From Octopus bimaculoides (taxonomy: Eukaryota): DNA of 39,432 nucleotides. Position 1 is the stretch's first letter. Every line of letters starts with the position of its first letter. The notes below the pieces were generated by a model. It saw only the letters and a list, made by a program, of their open reading frames with translations, was not told where the DNA came from and made no database searches. Shown piece by piece: positions 12,435 through 24,784 of this stretch. The stretch lies in contig NC_068997.1 in assembly GCF_001194135.2 (NCBI RefSeq), forward strand, positions 7,375,487 through 7,414,918. Direction: 5' to 3'. The position numbers were made by a program, and so were the translations under genes.

Positions 12435-12585
12435 NNNNNNNNNNNNNNNNNNNNNNNNNNNNNNNNNNNNNNNNNNNNNNNNNNNNNNNNNNNNNNNNNN
12501 NNNNNNNNNNNNNNNNNNNNNNNNNNNNNNNNNNNNNNNNNNNNNNNNNNNNNNNNNNNNNNNNNNNNNNNNNNNNNNNNNNNNN

Positions 12586-12619
<34 letters not shown>

Positions 12620-12799
12620 TGTAGTACTAGTCAAGATAAAGACATAGATAGACAGCTAGATATTAATTAACTCTGAAATTAATTTTATCTTTTACAAACT
12701 CGGAATTGTATCTTTGATGGAATTGCAAGAAAACAAAAGAAATTTTTTATTCATTCGATATTTTCAACTTTGTGATAATGAAGAACTTTGTCAAGCTGC

Positions 12800-12812
12800 T
12801 ATTGCTGCCGCT

Positions 12813-12843
<31 letters not shown>

Positions 12844-12888
12844 ACGACGACGACGACGACGACGATAATGATGATGATGATGATGATG
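12800..12888. repeat. (GCT)n(GAT)n(GAC)n compound trinucleotide repeat
   Basis: Direct reading; gives the poly-A/poly-D ORF 12714-12989. Confidence 0.9.
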
Positions 12889-13689
12889 TCATTAATTATA
12901 GCAAACCTAAAGAAAAAAGAGATGGCTGTGATTTTAGTTCTGTTTATGGAAATGTTGTTGTTGTTGTTGTTGTTTTTGTGTGTCCATAGGTTAATTCCGT
13001 TGGCGCAGATTTATGATCAAGGGCAATCCAGTCGTGGCCAATTCGAGCAGTTTGTTCAATCAACGAAACAATCTATTCTTTGCATTTCAGTGTAATTGGC
13101 CCTCGAAGTCACGAAGTGGTACCAAGCTCGGTGCCCCACGTGATCTTCTTAACCTTTCGACTTGCAAACTGAACCATCCAATGAGTTTTTCCTTATTTTA
13201 AGACTGTAGAAGTGTCATTTAAGGGTGCTTTGGCTGTTTTTTTTCTGGTAAGTTGAACGAGTACGTAGAGGCTGTCTTTTTGGCTCGTTTTTGATAACAG
13301 AAGACGTAATGTAACTGAAGATACCATTTTGGGGATGGTGGTAGTGGTATGGGGTGGATAAGGGTCTGATGCAGATGTAAATGCTATGGTTTTGGGATGA
13401 GGATGTAGCAATCTGGCGGAAGCAGCGCCGTACTAATGACGACTGGACGAGATGACCGTTGGTGGCCGATGTCTGACAAGTTTGTCAAACCATCACAAAA
13501 TAGTTCTCAGTTAGAATAGATATCTTCATCCAATGGGAAAGTAAACAGATTGAACTAGATTAGAGAGAGGTTGGTAGACCCTGGCAATTTTTAGTGGAGC
13601 GTTCGCTGAAAAAGTATTGGTTTGGTCGGCAGATAAGGGATTGAGTCGATGGCGTTTGTGGTTCGCCCTCCTCGAAACAAATAAAATCG

Positions 13690-13784
13690 ATGGAATTAAC
13701 TTTGCTTTCGAACAGTTGCAAGACGAAAGTTACAGGAAAGCTTGTGCAGGGAGGAAATTCTGAGAACACAGATATTCCAAATTG
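13690..13784 (+). CDS. Candidate coding exon MELTLLSNSCKTKVTGKLVQGGNSENTDIPN (hypothetical protein)
   Basis: ATG at 13690 with an upstream in-frame stop, open to donor TG|GTAAGA (phase 2). An alternative internal acceptor TTAACTTTGCTTTCGAACAG| gives a 69-nt exon 13716-13784 open in two frames. Confidence 0.3.
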
Positions 13785-13984
13785 GTAAGAAAGAATACAA
13801 TGACTAATACGGTTTTTTTAAACTCGTTCTGCGAAGCTAAACAGTTCTTGTCCGATGATACGCTTTTCGGTTGAATCGATCAATAAAACGTAGAGATAAA
13901 TTTTATGAATAAATTAAGTAATTCTGCATTTTACGATGTAAAGAGATCTTAACTGGAAGTGGTCTTTACTTTTTAACTAAAAAT

Positions 13985-13989
13985 ACACA

Positions 13990-14072
<83 letters not shown>

Positions 14073-14130
14073 ACACACACAAACACACACACACACACAC
14101 ATACACACACACGTGCACACACAGACACAC
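13985..14130. repeat. (CA)n microsatellite
   Basis: Direct reading. Confidence 0.95.
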
Positions 14131-14263
14131 AATGTGTGGGTTTAGTTCTTGTGGCTATTGCTTGTGAAAGCTAGGATTGTCATCTGAAGTAGAGATGCAT
14201 AAATAACTATATACACACACACACACACACGTGTGTGTGTATTTGTGTTTGTATGTGTGTGCT

Positions 14264-14294
<31 letters not shown>

Positions 14295-14332
14295 TGTGTA
14301 ATATTTCAGTAGCATAGAGAAACGCAGTAAGT

Positions 14333-14548
14333 GTTCTTTTCTACTCTAGGCACAAGGCCCGAAATTTTTAGGGAGGGGGCAGTCGATTAGATCGACCCCA
14401 GTACGCAACTGGTACTTAATTTATCGATCCTCCGAAAGGATGAAAGACAAAGTCGACCTCGGCAGAATTTGAACTTAGACCGTAAGGACAGACGAAATAC
14501 CGCTCAGCATTTCGCCCGGCGTTCCATTCTGCCAGTTCGCCAACTTAA
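14333..14548 (-). mobile_element. Full-length SINE family B with 15-bp TSD
   Basis: AGAAACGCAGTAAGT duplicated exactly at 14318-14332 and 14549-14563; body matches the 36272-36498 copy. Confidence 0.92.
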
Positions 14549-15954
14549 AGAAACGCAGTAAGTATTGTGACGGACTGTAATGTTGAGATAGATTAAGAAA
14601 AAGAAAAGAAAAAAAAGATTACACCAGATAACAAGATACACAAACTACAACAACACTAACAACAGCAAATCTACCGTGTTGTTAAATAATAATAAAAAAA
14701 AACAAACAAAGTTTTAGTTGCTGAATTTAAAGAACAATAAGATTTGTTCCTGAAATATCTTTGCGCTGTCAGGAAAGAAATACGGAACAAAGAAGAAAAA
14801 ATACAAGTTTTATATTTGTTTTTGTTGGTTTTATTTTGCTATGGTGATTTTTTTTTATAACTTCCCCACCGTAAAGTCGAAGACAAAGGAAAGTTCTAAA
14901 CTATTTTGTTACGTATTAANNNNNNNNNNNNNNNNNNNNNNNNNNNNNNNNNNNNNNNNNNNNNNNNNNNNNNNNNNNNNNNNNNNNNNNNNNNNNNNNN
15001 NNNNNNNNNNNNNNNNNNNNNNNNNNNNNNNNNNNNNNNNNNNNNNNNNNNNNNNNNNNNNNNNNNNNNNNNNNNNNNNNNNNNNNGGGGAGAGCGGGTG
15101 GTGGTGATGGTGGTGGTGGAGAGTTGGGTGTTGGGGTGGACAATGTATGAATAGGTTGCGAGAACTGTACTGTGAGAGTTTTAAATGTTTCATCCACGCT
15201 AACAGCACCTTGCCCGTTATCACATATTCTCCCCCTCTTCACTATCGTCGTCGTCGTCGTCATCATAACACCATCATCATCATCATCATTAAATGTGTCA
15301 GTGGCTTAGTGTGAAAAAACAACAACAACAACAAAAAAACGTTTCTACAAAGTTTAAAAACAATGGTTTTAAGTTCGAACACAGTCTGACATAATCTACA
15401 CATCCAGGAACTCGGAACATGATGACGATAAGAATCCACACTGATCAGAACGGATTGTAAACTGAAATATTGTCAATATAAAAACAAAACGTTCAGTATA
15501 ATGGAGGGGGGGAAGTCAATCTTAAATCCTTCTGGAATCGATGAAGTGAAGGTTCCTTTCGATTGGGTCGTTGAATCAACTGAACCCTTTTCCCAGAAAG
15601 CTCTATGTTCTTGTGTCTATCATAGAAATCATTATTCATATTATCTCTGTAAATACGCAACTTGCTTTCGGTTTTTAATTGGATTAAGTTATGAACTTCA
15701 TTAGCTTACAGCTGTTTCTGCTACAAGATGCAGGAGACTCCTGATTGAATGCCTGACTAACACCTTACAGCTTCACCGGAGCATGAAATATGAATTGCTA
15801 TTTATAATCGTTTTTTTTTCTTTGTCATTTAATTTTCTTATTACCGTTCTATACTCGTCTAAAACACTTCGTTCTGAAATATAAGCATATTGAGTTCTAC
15901 ACTAGGCTATTAGTCTCATATTGCGCAAGTGAAATACACACACATAAAGAGAGA

Positions 15955-16063
<109 letters not shown>

Positions 16064-18020
16064 GAACACATATATCTCTGTATGTGTTCTTTTTGTTGTG
16101 TTTGCGCGTAAAATTACAGGTTTCGGAAACGTTCACAGACACGCACACGTAAATATTGTATCGATGCCAGAGGGAAGATTTGCTCCTAGCGGAATTTGAA
16201 CCCTGGCATAATCGTATATCTGAACAGAGATCAATATACCAGCACGGTGCTACCATAATCCTTTGTAGCATGCCATTCAACCATTGTTAAGCCTTCTGAA
16301 CAGTTTCTGCTCGAACTCGTGTCACTTCTTGTTACTTTTCTTTATTTTATTCTCTCTATCGCCTCGCTTCTTTTCAACATTATCCCCCCCCCTCTCTCTC
16401 TCGAACGCATACATATGACATGTACATATATGAATTGATGCACGCAGGCATACACGCATTTATCCATGCAAGTACACACATCTCTCTTTTGTTCGATCAA
16501 TTCAGCTGAAGTTAAATTCACATTTTCCGCCTTTCCATTGTTTTACCGAAACGCCATGGGTTTCTTAGTACAACATCTGCTTTACCAGGAGACTCAGTTC
16601 AACTTCTGTTTTCTTCACCATCTTTTCCTTTTCTTCTACCTCTCTTCCTTCATTTCTTTTTTTCGCATTTTTGCATGCCACTGTCTTGAACGTCGTGCAT
16701 ACATAGATATAGATATATACACAAATAAACACGTACATACATAGTATGTATGTTTGTATGTATGTATGTATGTATGTATGTATGTATGTATGTATGTATG
16801 TATGTATNNNNNNNNNNNNNNNNNNNNNNNNNNNNNNNNNNNNNNNNNNNNNNNNNNNNNNNNNNNNNNNNNNNNNNNNNNNNNNNNNNNNNNNNNNNNN
16901 NNNNNNNNNNNNNNNNNNNNNNNNNNNNNNNNNNNNNNNNNNNNNNNNNNNNNNNNNNNNNNNNNNNNNNNNNNNNNNNNNNNNNNNNNNNNNNNNNNNN
17001 NNNNNNNNNNNNNNNNNNNNNNNNNNNNNNNNNNNNNNNNNNNNNNNNNNNNNNNNNNNNNNNNNNNNNNNNNNNNNNNNNNNNNNNNNNNNNNNNNNNN
17101 NNNNNNNNNNNNNNNNNNNNNNNNNNNNNNNNNNNNNNNNNNNNNNNNNNNNNNNNNNNNNNNNNNNNNNNNNNNNNNNNNNNNNNNNNNNNNNNNNNNN
17201 NNNNNNNNNNNNNNNNNNNNNNNNNNNNNNNNNNNNNNNNNNNNNNNNNNNNNNNNNNNNNNNNNNNNNNNNNNNNNNNNNNNNNNNNNNNNNNNNNNNN
17301 NNNNNNNNNNNNNNNNNNNNNNNNNNNNNNNNNNNNNNNNNNNNNNNNNNNNNNNNNNNNNNNNNNNNNNNNNNNNNNNNNNNNNNNNNNNNNNNNNNNN
17401 NNNNNNNNNNNNNNNNNNNNNNNNNNNNNNNNNNNNNNNNNNNNNNNNNNNNNNNNNNNTATATATATATATATATATGTATATATATTCGCCATGACAG
17501 ATCACTCGCCACTAAACCTCTTTTATTTTCTCTCTCTATTTATTTCCTCTCATTCCTTTCTGTCGAAGAGCGTAGGCTCGAAACGTAAAAGGCTTTCTCA
17601 CTTCCCAAGCATTAAACTAATACATGTGTTTGTTGTTTACACACCCGTCTTCGTCTTTTGGTTTTTTTTTGTAAATTCTCACTATATATATATATGCAAT
17701 CATGCCAGCATACTTGCATATACAAACACACGAAACTACTCACATTTAAGCACATACACACACACATACGCACACACACACGTACGCACACACACACATA
17801 CACACACACACCTTTCTTATCCATTTACAAACAAAATACAAATATATTTAAAAAGGTACACTACATATTGAGTTAAGTACTGTATATTTACTATAAATGA
17901 ATTAATAATCTACATCATTAGTATATGCATTGTAATGAAAATGTTATTTGAATTAATACAAAAATTATTTTTATCATAATGTTGATTTCTTTGTAGCTCA
18001 ACTCTACGTTTATGACGTTT

Positions 18021-18106
18021 GCTTATCGTTTTTTTGCTTATCGTTTTTTTGCTTATTGTTTTTTTGCTTATTGTTTTTTTGCTTATTGTTTTTTTGCTTA
18101 TCGTTT
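18021..18106. repeat. 15-bp minisatellite (GCTTATYGTTTTTTT) x ~5.7
   Basis: Units start at 18021, 18036, 18051, 18066, 18081 and 18096; only the Y position varies. Confidence 0.95.
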
Positions 18107-18208
18107 CCACGCAGTTTCTACCTCGCCATTCTCACTGAAAAAACATTGGGTCCAACCGAGGCTACGGTATTAAAAAATGCAAAAAGAAAAAAACAATAAA
18201 ATATATCG

Positions 18209-18281
18209 CTTCCCAGAGTAGGATCGAATCGGATGCTTTCTGATTGACAGACTAACTTATTGACCACTCGGTTATGTCTGC
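18209..18281 (-). pseudogene. tRNA-like Pol III cassette (pseudo-tRNA or orphan SINE head)
   Basis: Reverse complement GCAGACATAACCGAGTGGTCAATAAGTTAGTCTGTCAATCAGAAAGCATCCGATTCGATCCTACTCTGGGAAG has box A-like TAACCGAGTGG and box B-like GATTCGATCC at tRNA spacing, followed by oligo-T runs. The acceptor stem does not pair. Confidence 0.45.
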
Positions 18282-19052
18282 GTTTCTAGGGATGTTTGCG
18301 TTTCATATAGGCCAGCCGTAACTGCGACGCAGTTTCAATTTCCAGTTAATGCCGACTGAGTTTACACGAACAGACCTGTCAGAGAAGCAACTCTAACATA
18401 ATTCTTAAATCACTTTCCCGCTAAAAATATTTGGATTTCTGCCACAAGAAAAAGAAAACGCAACTTTCTGGTTAATTCCTCAATTGTAACGGAAATTTTA
18501 CTTCAGTGGAATAGCCAAAACAAAAAGGGCGAAACACAAAGCAAAATCCGCCCCCGTCACCANNNNNNNNNNNNNNNNNNNNNNNNNNNNNNNNNNNNNN
18601 NNNNNNNNNNNNNNNNNNNNNNNNNNNNNNNNNNNNNNNNNNNNNNNNNNNNNNNNNNNNNNNNNNNNNNNNNNNNNNNNNNNNNNNNNNNNNNNNNNNN
18701 NNNNNNNNNNNNNNNNNNNNNNNNNNNNNNNNNNNNNNNNNNNNNNNNNNNNNNNNNNNNNNNNNNNNNNNNNNNNNNNNNNNNNNNNNNNNNNNNNNNN
18801 NNNNNNNNNNNNNNNNNNNNNNNNNNNNNNNNNNNNNNNNNNNNNNNNNNNNNNNNNNNNNNNNNNNNNNNNNNNNNNNNNNNNNNNNNNNNNNNNNNNN
18901 NNNNNNNNNNNNNNNNNNNNNNNNNNNNNNNNNNNNNNNNNATATATATACAGAGAGAGAGATGGAGAGAGGGAAGGAAACACAAAGAAGACATTAAAAA
19001 AAAAGAAGTATATACATAGACAGGTAGACAGATACATACACGCACACTTGTA

Positions 19053-19140
19053 GTCTCAGTTACTGAATTGCGGTCATGCTGAAGCCCCCCCCACCTCTTT
19101 CAAGAGTTTTAATCGATCAGACCTGGACGGTATTATATAA
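19053..19140 (-). mobile_element. SINE family A, 3' tail fragment
   Basis: CTCAGTTACTGAATTGCGGTCATGCTGAAGC resembles the reverse complement of the family A 3' end (CCAGCATGGCCGCAGT...ATGACTGA). Confidence 0.55.
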
Positions 19141-19708
19141 ACATAAACTTATCTATTTGATACACATCGATCATATTTTCATCGATCTGTTTCAAATAGT
19201 GAAGTTTCATATATGTAAGGTACGTGTGCTCGCAAAGCACTATATAAGCCGGCTCTTATTGGTTAAGGCCGAAAGGACTAGAATACTATAATATAAACAA
19301 AAACTATTCAGTCCAAGTCTGTGGTCTTCAAGGGAAACAACTCCTCGAAGCTCGCTAAATCCGGCGGCTATGGTTTGTGCTGGTGAGTGGAAAACTTTGA
19401 GGAAGTTGGAAACTATTCAGAAAAAAAAGTGCTCCAATGCTAACAGTTAGACAATAACGCTGACTTGCGGATGGTGGATATCACAGGTTGCTTTAAAATG
19501 CATAACTTTTCAGAAGTGAATGTATGAATAGTAATTTGGTTTAATCCATCTTTGATGAAAACCAGGAAAAGCCCGGCTTTCGTAAAACAACACCCACTGA
19601 CAATACTATACTCTCTCAGGTATTTTTTATTGCAGTTTTAGCACCGATGATACAGGTACACTTGAAGAACATGTTCCTTGCTGTACGATTATATAAACAA
19701 ATATACAT

Positions 19709-19838
19709 AGTCGCAGGTGTGGCTGTGTGGCGGGAGACTTGCTTTCCGGATGCGTGGTTCCGGGTTCGGTTCCACTGCTTGGCACCTTGGGCTTTGTGAA
19801 TGGATTTGGTAGACGGAAACTGAAAGAAGCCTATCGTG

Positions 19839-19880
<42 letters not shown>

Positions 19881-19885
19881 CATAC

Positions 19886-19931
<46 letters not shown>

Positions 19932-20148
19932 ATGTGTCTGTGTATGTCCTCAACCACCGCTTGACGATTGGTGTTGGTGTGTTTACGTCCCCGTAACTTA
20001 GTGGTTCGGCAAAAGACAACAATTGAATAAGTGCTAGGCTTGAAAAAAGCAAGTTGTTGGGTCGATTGATTCGACTAAAAGTTCTTGAAAGCGGTGCCCC
20101 AGCATAGCCACACTGTAATGACTGAAACAAGTAAAAGATAAAAGAAAA
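19709..20148 (+). mobile_element. Near full-length tRNA-derived SINE, family A (my label), with internal (TA)n
   Basis: tRNA-like head with box A (TGGCTGTGTGG) and box B (GGTTCGGTTCC), central (TA)n/(TG)n, and 3' end ATGACTGAAACAAGTAAAAGATAAAAG. The head aligns with 28694-28784. Confidence 0.9.
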
Positions 20149-20471
20149 TTTTTACTGCCTGTATTAATTAGTATTAATTAGTTGACATGAGATGAAAATT
20201 TTTGAATATGTGTACCCAGAAAGAATTAACACCAATTGAACATAAGAGCTGAAAAGAATTCGGTAGAATTGATAAAACGCCAAAGCCTTTTTCGTTTGAA
20301 TGATCCAATTAAAGACTTTTAATGCACACAGCACCAACTTTGGTAAAAAAAAAAAAATACATTCTGATTTTTTAGAGGAAAAAGGAAAAAGGGAAGAAAA
20401 AAAATTCTTTCATATAGAAACATATGCATGTTCATATTCATACATACACCTATATATACATAACAACAAGG

Positions 20472-20541
<70 letters not shown>

Positions 20542-20916
20542 CATACGTATTTATATGAATATAAACATTAAATTTTAGATTGATAGACACACTGAGGTAT
20601 AGACTGTCAGTGATGTAGTAAAAGGTTCTAATTATCAAACGAAATACTGTAACATTTGAACACAAAATCTTTTATTTCGTTCTTTTTTATTTTTATTTTT
20701 ATATATGGTCTATATATGGCAATCAATGAAAGAGATTGTGAGCGGGAGGGTGTAAATATAGGAATCGAAGATTACAAGTGCAAGCACTTAACACATTGAT
20801 TACAATAACGTCTGCCAGAAAAGAGAAATGGAAATGAGATTTGAAAACCTCAAAACATTTCTTAATGATGTAAAGCAAAAACCATTAAAGATATGGAGAA
20901 AATCAACAACTACAAT

Positions 20917-20948
<32 letters not shown>

Positions 20949-21163
20949 CGGTTCAGTGCTAATCATCTATTCATAAACACGGTCCCCTAAATCCGTAAAG
21001 CCATTTCACTCTGTATGTAAAATGTGTTATAGAAGATTGATCAAATATTTCTGTAATATTTTCTTTTAGCCGACATTATGTCGATTATTGTTGCTGTTAG
21101 TAATAGTTTAAAGAATTTTCTTGGATATATTTATTGCACTAACATGAATTTCTTCTTTTTCAG

Positions 21164-21174
21164 GAATAACTTTG
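21164..21174 (+). CDS. Candidate 11-nt microexon GAATAACTTTG
   Basis: Branch-point-like CACTAAC (21137-21143), pyrimidine tract TTTCTTCTTTTT, CAG|, then TTG|GTAAGA. Confidence 0.45.
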
Positions 21175-21469
21175 GTAAGACAATCTGTCTGAAATCGTTT
21201 ACTGGAACATATTGGAATATCATTTTGGTAGAGGCAGCTTTTTTAAAATTATTTCATCACACGGACTGCTTTTATTTCCAAATAAATTGATAAATAATAT
21301 AGCACATCAAAGTATTTAACGGCATACCTTTGATCCGCTCAGTGATATTCTCTCTCATTATGTTAATTCTAAAAGAGCATTTCATTTCTTCCCCGAATAA
21401 AGTTTTAAATTCTAAAAGTCCCTCATTCACCATAGTCAACAAATGAGGGATGGCCTTTCAATAAGTGCT

Positions 21470-21530
21470 GAGAATGCCCCAGCATGGTCACAGTCTTTAT
21501 GCCGAAACGCATAAAAGAATAGAAGATAGA
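21470..21530 (+). mobile_element. SINE family A, terminal fragment
   Basis: TGCCCCAGCATGGTCACAGTC...GAAACGCATAAAAGAATAGAAGATA aligns with 20095-20148. Confidence 0.6.
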
Positions 21531-21774
21531 CCTAAACCAATTGTTTTTTTTTTTGCATATATAAACTCTAGATATTCGTTTGCCTGCTCACCTTCGCCTT
21601 GTTGCTTATGTTACACTCTTTTCTCAGTCTATGTTTCAAAGCTGTATGTATGTGAATGTATGTATGTATGTATGTATGTATGTATGTATGTATGTATGCA
21701 TGTATGTATGTATATACGTATGTGTGTATGTATGTGAATATAAATATATACACATTGTGCACATATAAATATAA

Positions 21775-21813
<39 letters not shown>

Positions 21814-21842
21814 AACACACATACACATGTACATATGTACGC

Positions 21843-21897
<55 letters not shown>

Positions 21898-22588
21898 GTA
21901 TGCATTTATATTGTAAAGTTAAATAATGTTCGAAATGAAATTATCCAGGTTTCATGACTGAAGTTTCATGCCGGATGAAAGCAACCAACGGATAAAGCGG
22001 CCATCGACCGACTTTAAACACGACTAACGAATCCAAAAAAAAAAAAAAAATTTCTATTTTAACCATAAATAAAAGTGAAATAAAGCTTTATTACTGTTGT
22101 GTTTGTTTTTCTTTATAATTCGTTAAATATCCTTAGAAGTTTCATCTATATGAATGTACATACGCACACACACACACACACAAATAAGCAGACGCACACA
22201 GACACATACACACACATGCATATATTCGTACACACTCAAACACGCTCACAAACATATATGCATTTTCTCTTCTCTAACGTAACAATAGGTATGTTTGATG
22301 TAGAACTTTCAAAGCTCTCTTCTTATATCTATTTACAGCCAGTTGAATAAAGTCAATAACTAAACAACATCGAAATAAAATGCAAGTATAATTAAGCAGA
22401 ATAGAAAATTTCGTTTCCCATTTGATTGCATTTTATTAAAAATGGCTGGTAAACCAAGAAATGTAATGTGTATTGCTGAAAAAAATATTCTTATTGGTTT
22501 CATAATTGGATAGATCAGTCTGCGCGCGCGCGCGTATGTATGTGTGTGTGTGTATATATATATATGTATGTATGTATGTATGTGTGTG

Positions 22589-22620
<32 letters not shown>

Positions 22621-23239
22621 TATGTATATATATATATATATANNNNNNNNNNNNNNNNNNNNNNNNNNNNNNNNNNNNNNNNNNNNNATATATATGCATG
22701 CATGCATACATGCATACATACGTACACACACACGAACGTACATATATTGAGAGATGGGGGAAAGTGAGATAGAAATAAGATGCAGAGACAAAACATAAAA
22801 TGAGGGAGAGAGAAATATATAAAGAAAAGTGAAATAGCGATATTGACGAACAACGACAGAGAGAGAGAGAGAGAGAGAGAGAGCGCGAGAGGGTAAGTCA
22901 CAGAAAGACAGAGAGTGGGTGACGGATAGAGTGAATGAAGGAGAGATTAACTGATATAATACAAGAGACATGCCTTATTCTAAAATCTTCATTTTGTTGC
23001 CACAGTTTTTTTTTTTAACTTTCGGTTTTACTATCTTTTCTCCTTTTATAATTTTCTTTGAAGCAAGCTATATTGGGAAATATAATAGTGAAAGAGAGCT
23101 CTACTGATTCTAGAAGAATATGAGCTTACTACTATGACTACTGCCGCTGTTGTATAGGCCTCCATAACATATACACACCCGAGGCATTTTGTGAAGTAGA
23201 AATAAATTCTTAAAACTGTTATTGTATCAGTCTACCTTT

Positions 23240-23282
<43 letters not shown>

Positions 23283-23289
23283 TTCATCC

Positions 23290-23351
<62 letters not shown>

Positions 23352-23363
23352 CTCTCTCTCTAT

Positions 23364-23402
<39 letters not shown>

Positions 23403-23438
23403 ACTTTCTGTCTGCCTGTCTGTGCATCTATCTATCTA

Positions 23439-23477
<39 letters not shown>

Positions 23478-23497
23478 ATATGTGTGTGTGTGTGTGT

Positions 23498-23705
23498 GCG
23501 ATCTGGCAGAATCGTTAGCGCGCCGGTCAAAATGCTTAGCGGCATTTCACCCGTCGCTACCTTCTGAGTTCAAGTTTCGCCGAAGTCGACTTTGCCTTTC
23601 ATCCTATCGGGATCGATAAAATAAGTACCAGTTGATCACAGGTGTCGATGTTAATCCTCACTCCCTAGAACCCGCTGGCTTCGTACCTACAGCAGAAACG
23701 ATTTT
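23498..23705 (+). mobile_element. SINE family B
   Basis: GCGATCTGGCAGAATCGTTAGCGCGCCGG...TTCTGAGTTCAAG...GTCGACTTTGCCTTTCATCC...AAGTACCAG; a partial repeat of its middle follows at ~23713-23780. Confidence 0.88.
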
Positions 23706-23814
23706 ATGAATCCTTTCGGGGCGATAAAAAGAAAGAACCAGTCGAGTTCTGGGATCGATGAAGCCAACTCAATCCCTTAAAAATTAATGTCCTTCAGCCA
23801 AAATTCAAGACAAT

Positions 23815-23921
23815 TATCATCACCATCATCATCATCATCGTCATCGTTATTATTAACATCATCATCATCATCATCGTCATCGTTATTATCCTCCTCCTCC
23901 TCCTCCTCCTCCTCATCATCA

Positions 23922-23965
<44 letters not shown>

Positions 23966-24030
23966 GTTATCATCATCATCATCATCATCATTATCGTCAT
24001 TATCATCATTAATATTATTATTATTATTAT
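23815..24030. repeat. Compound (CAT)/(CGT)/(CCT)/(TAT) trinucleotide array
   Basis: Direct reading; source of the poly-S/L/D/N/E ORFs. Confidence 0.9.
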
Positions 24031-24784
24031 TGAGATGACAAGTGATACTAACCAACCAACCAACCAACCAGCCAGCCAACCAGCCAGCCAACCAACCGAC
24101 CAGCCAACCATTGTGCCACTGAAGCAACACGGAAACAAACCAACTCTTTAGAAACAAAGTATGGTATATGACTCAGTGTAATACTACATCCTTAGCAAGA
24201 TCAAATATCCTCAGCCAACTTCTTAAAACTGGTTTATATAAACTTGCTAAGAAAAAAAAATGTCAGCAATCCTGTTTTAATGTCTTCGACATTTGCAAAT
24301 GTCACTTCGTAAAGAATTACAATGTTTTAATTAACTTTTATGTCAGGTGAGATGAGAAGAGCGGGGATAAATACTTAAAAAGCTCAATAAATCTCATCAT
24401 CGTCGTCTCGTTAATTCAGCAGCTGGATTAGTCATTAGTCATTAGTCATTATCAGTCAGCTATGCCTCGAACGCTAACACTGTGTTGGTACGTCTTTAGA
24501 TAAAATATATTTAACATTCAACCAACCGCGCAGTCCATTCAAATGTAAATAGGTACAATAGAGAGGTTTAATTCAAAGCTGTAGATGGTTTCAGTCCATT
24601 TGATGACTGATTTTCTTTTCGGCAGAATGTCAGTTTTCTTTTGAATAGGTGACGATATAGAGAAGGAGAGTAGGGAGGGGTTCAATCCTAGCGGAATGAT
24701 AAGCGAAGTCGATTTGACAGAAGAAAAGGAGAACGTGACAGAGGTAAGTTTTAAACTCAGGACGCAAGTAGGACAGAATAAAAT

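Noticed and set aside
18021-18106. CRISPR-like repeat or KKTIS-repeat protein
   Set aside because: No spacers, eukaryotic context; a plain minisatellite
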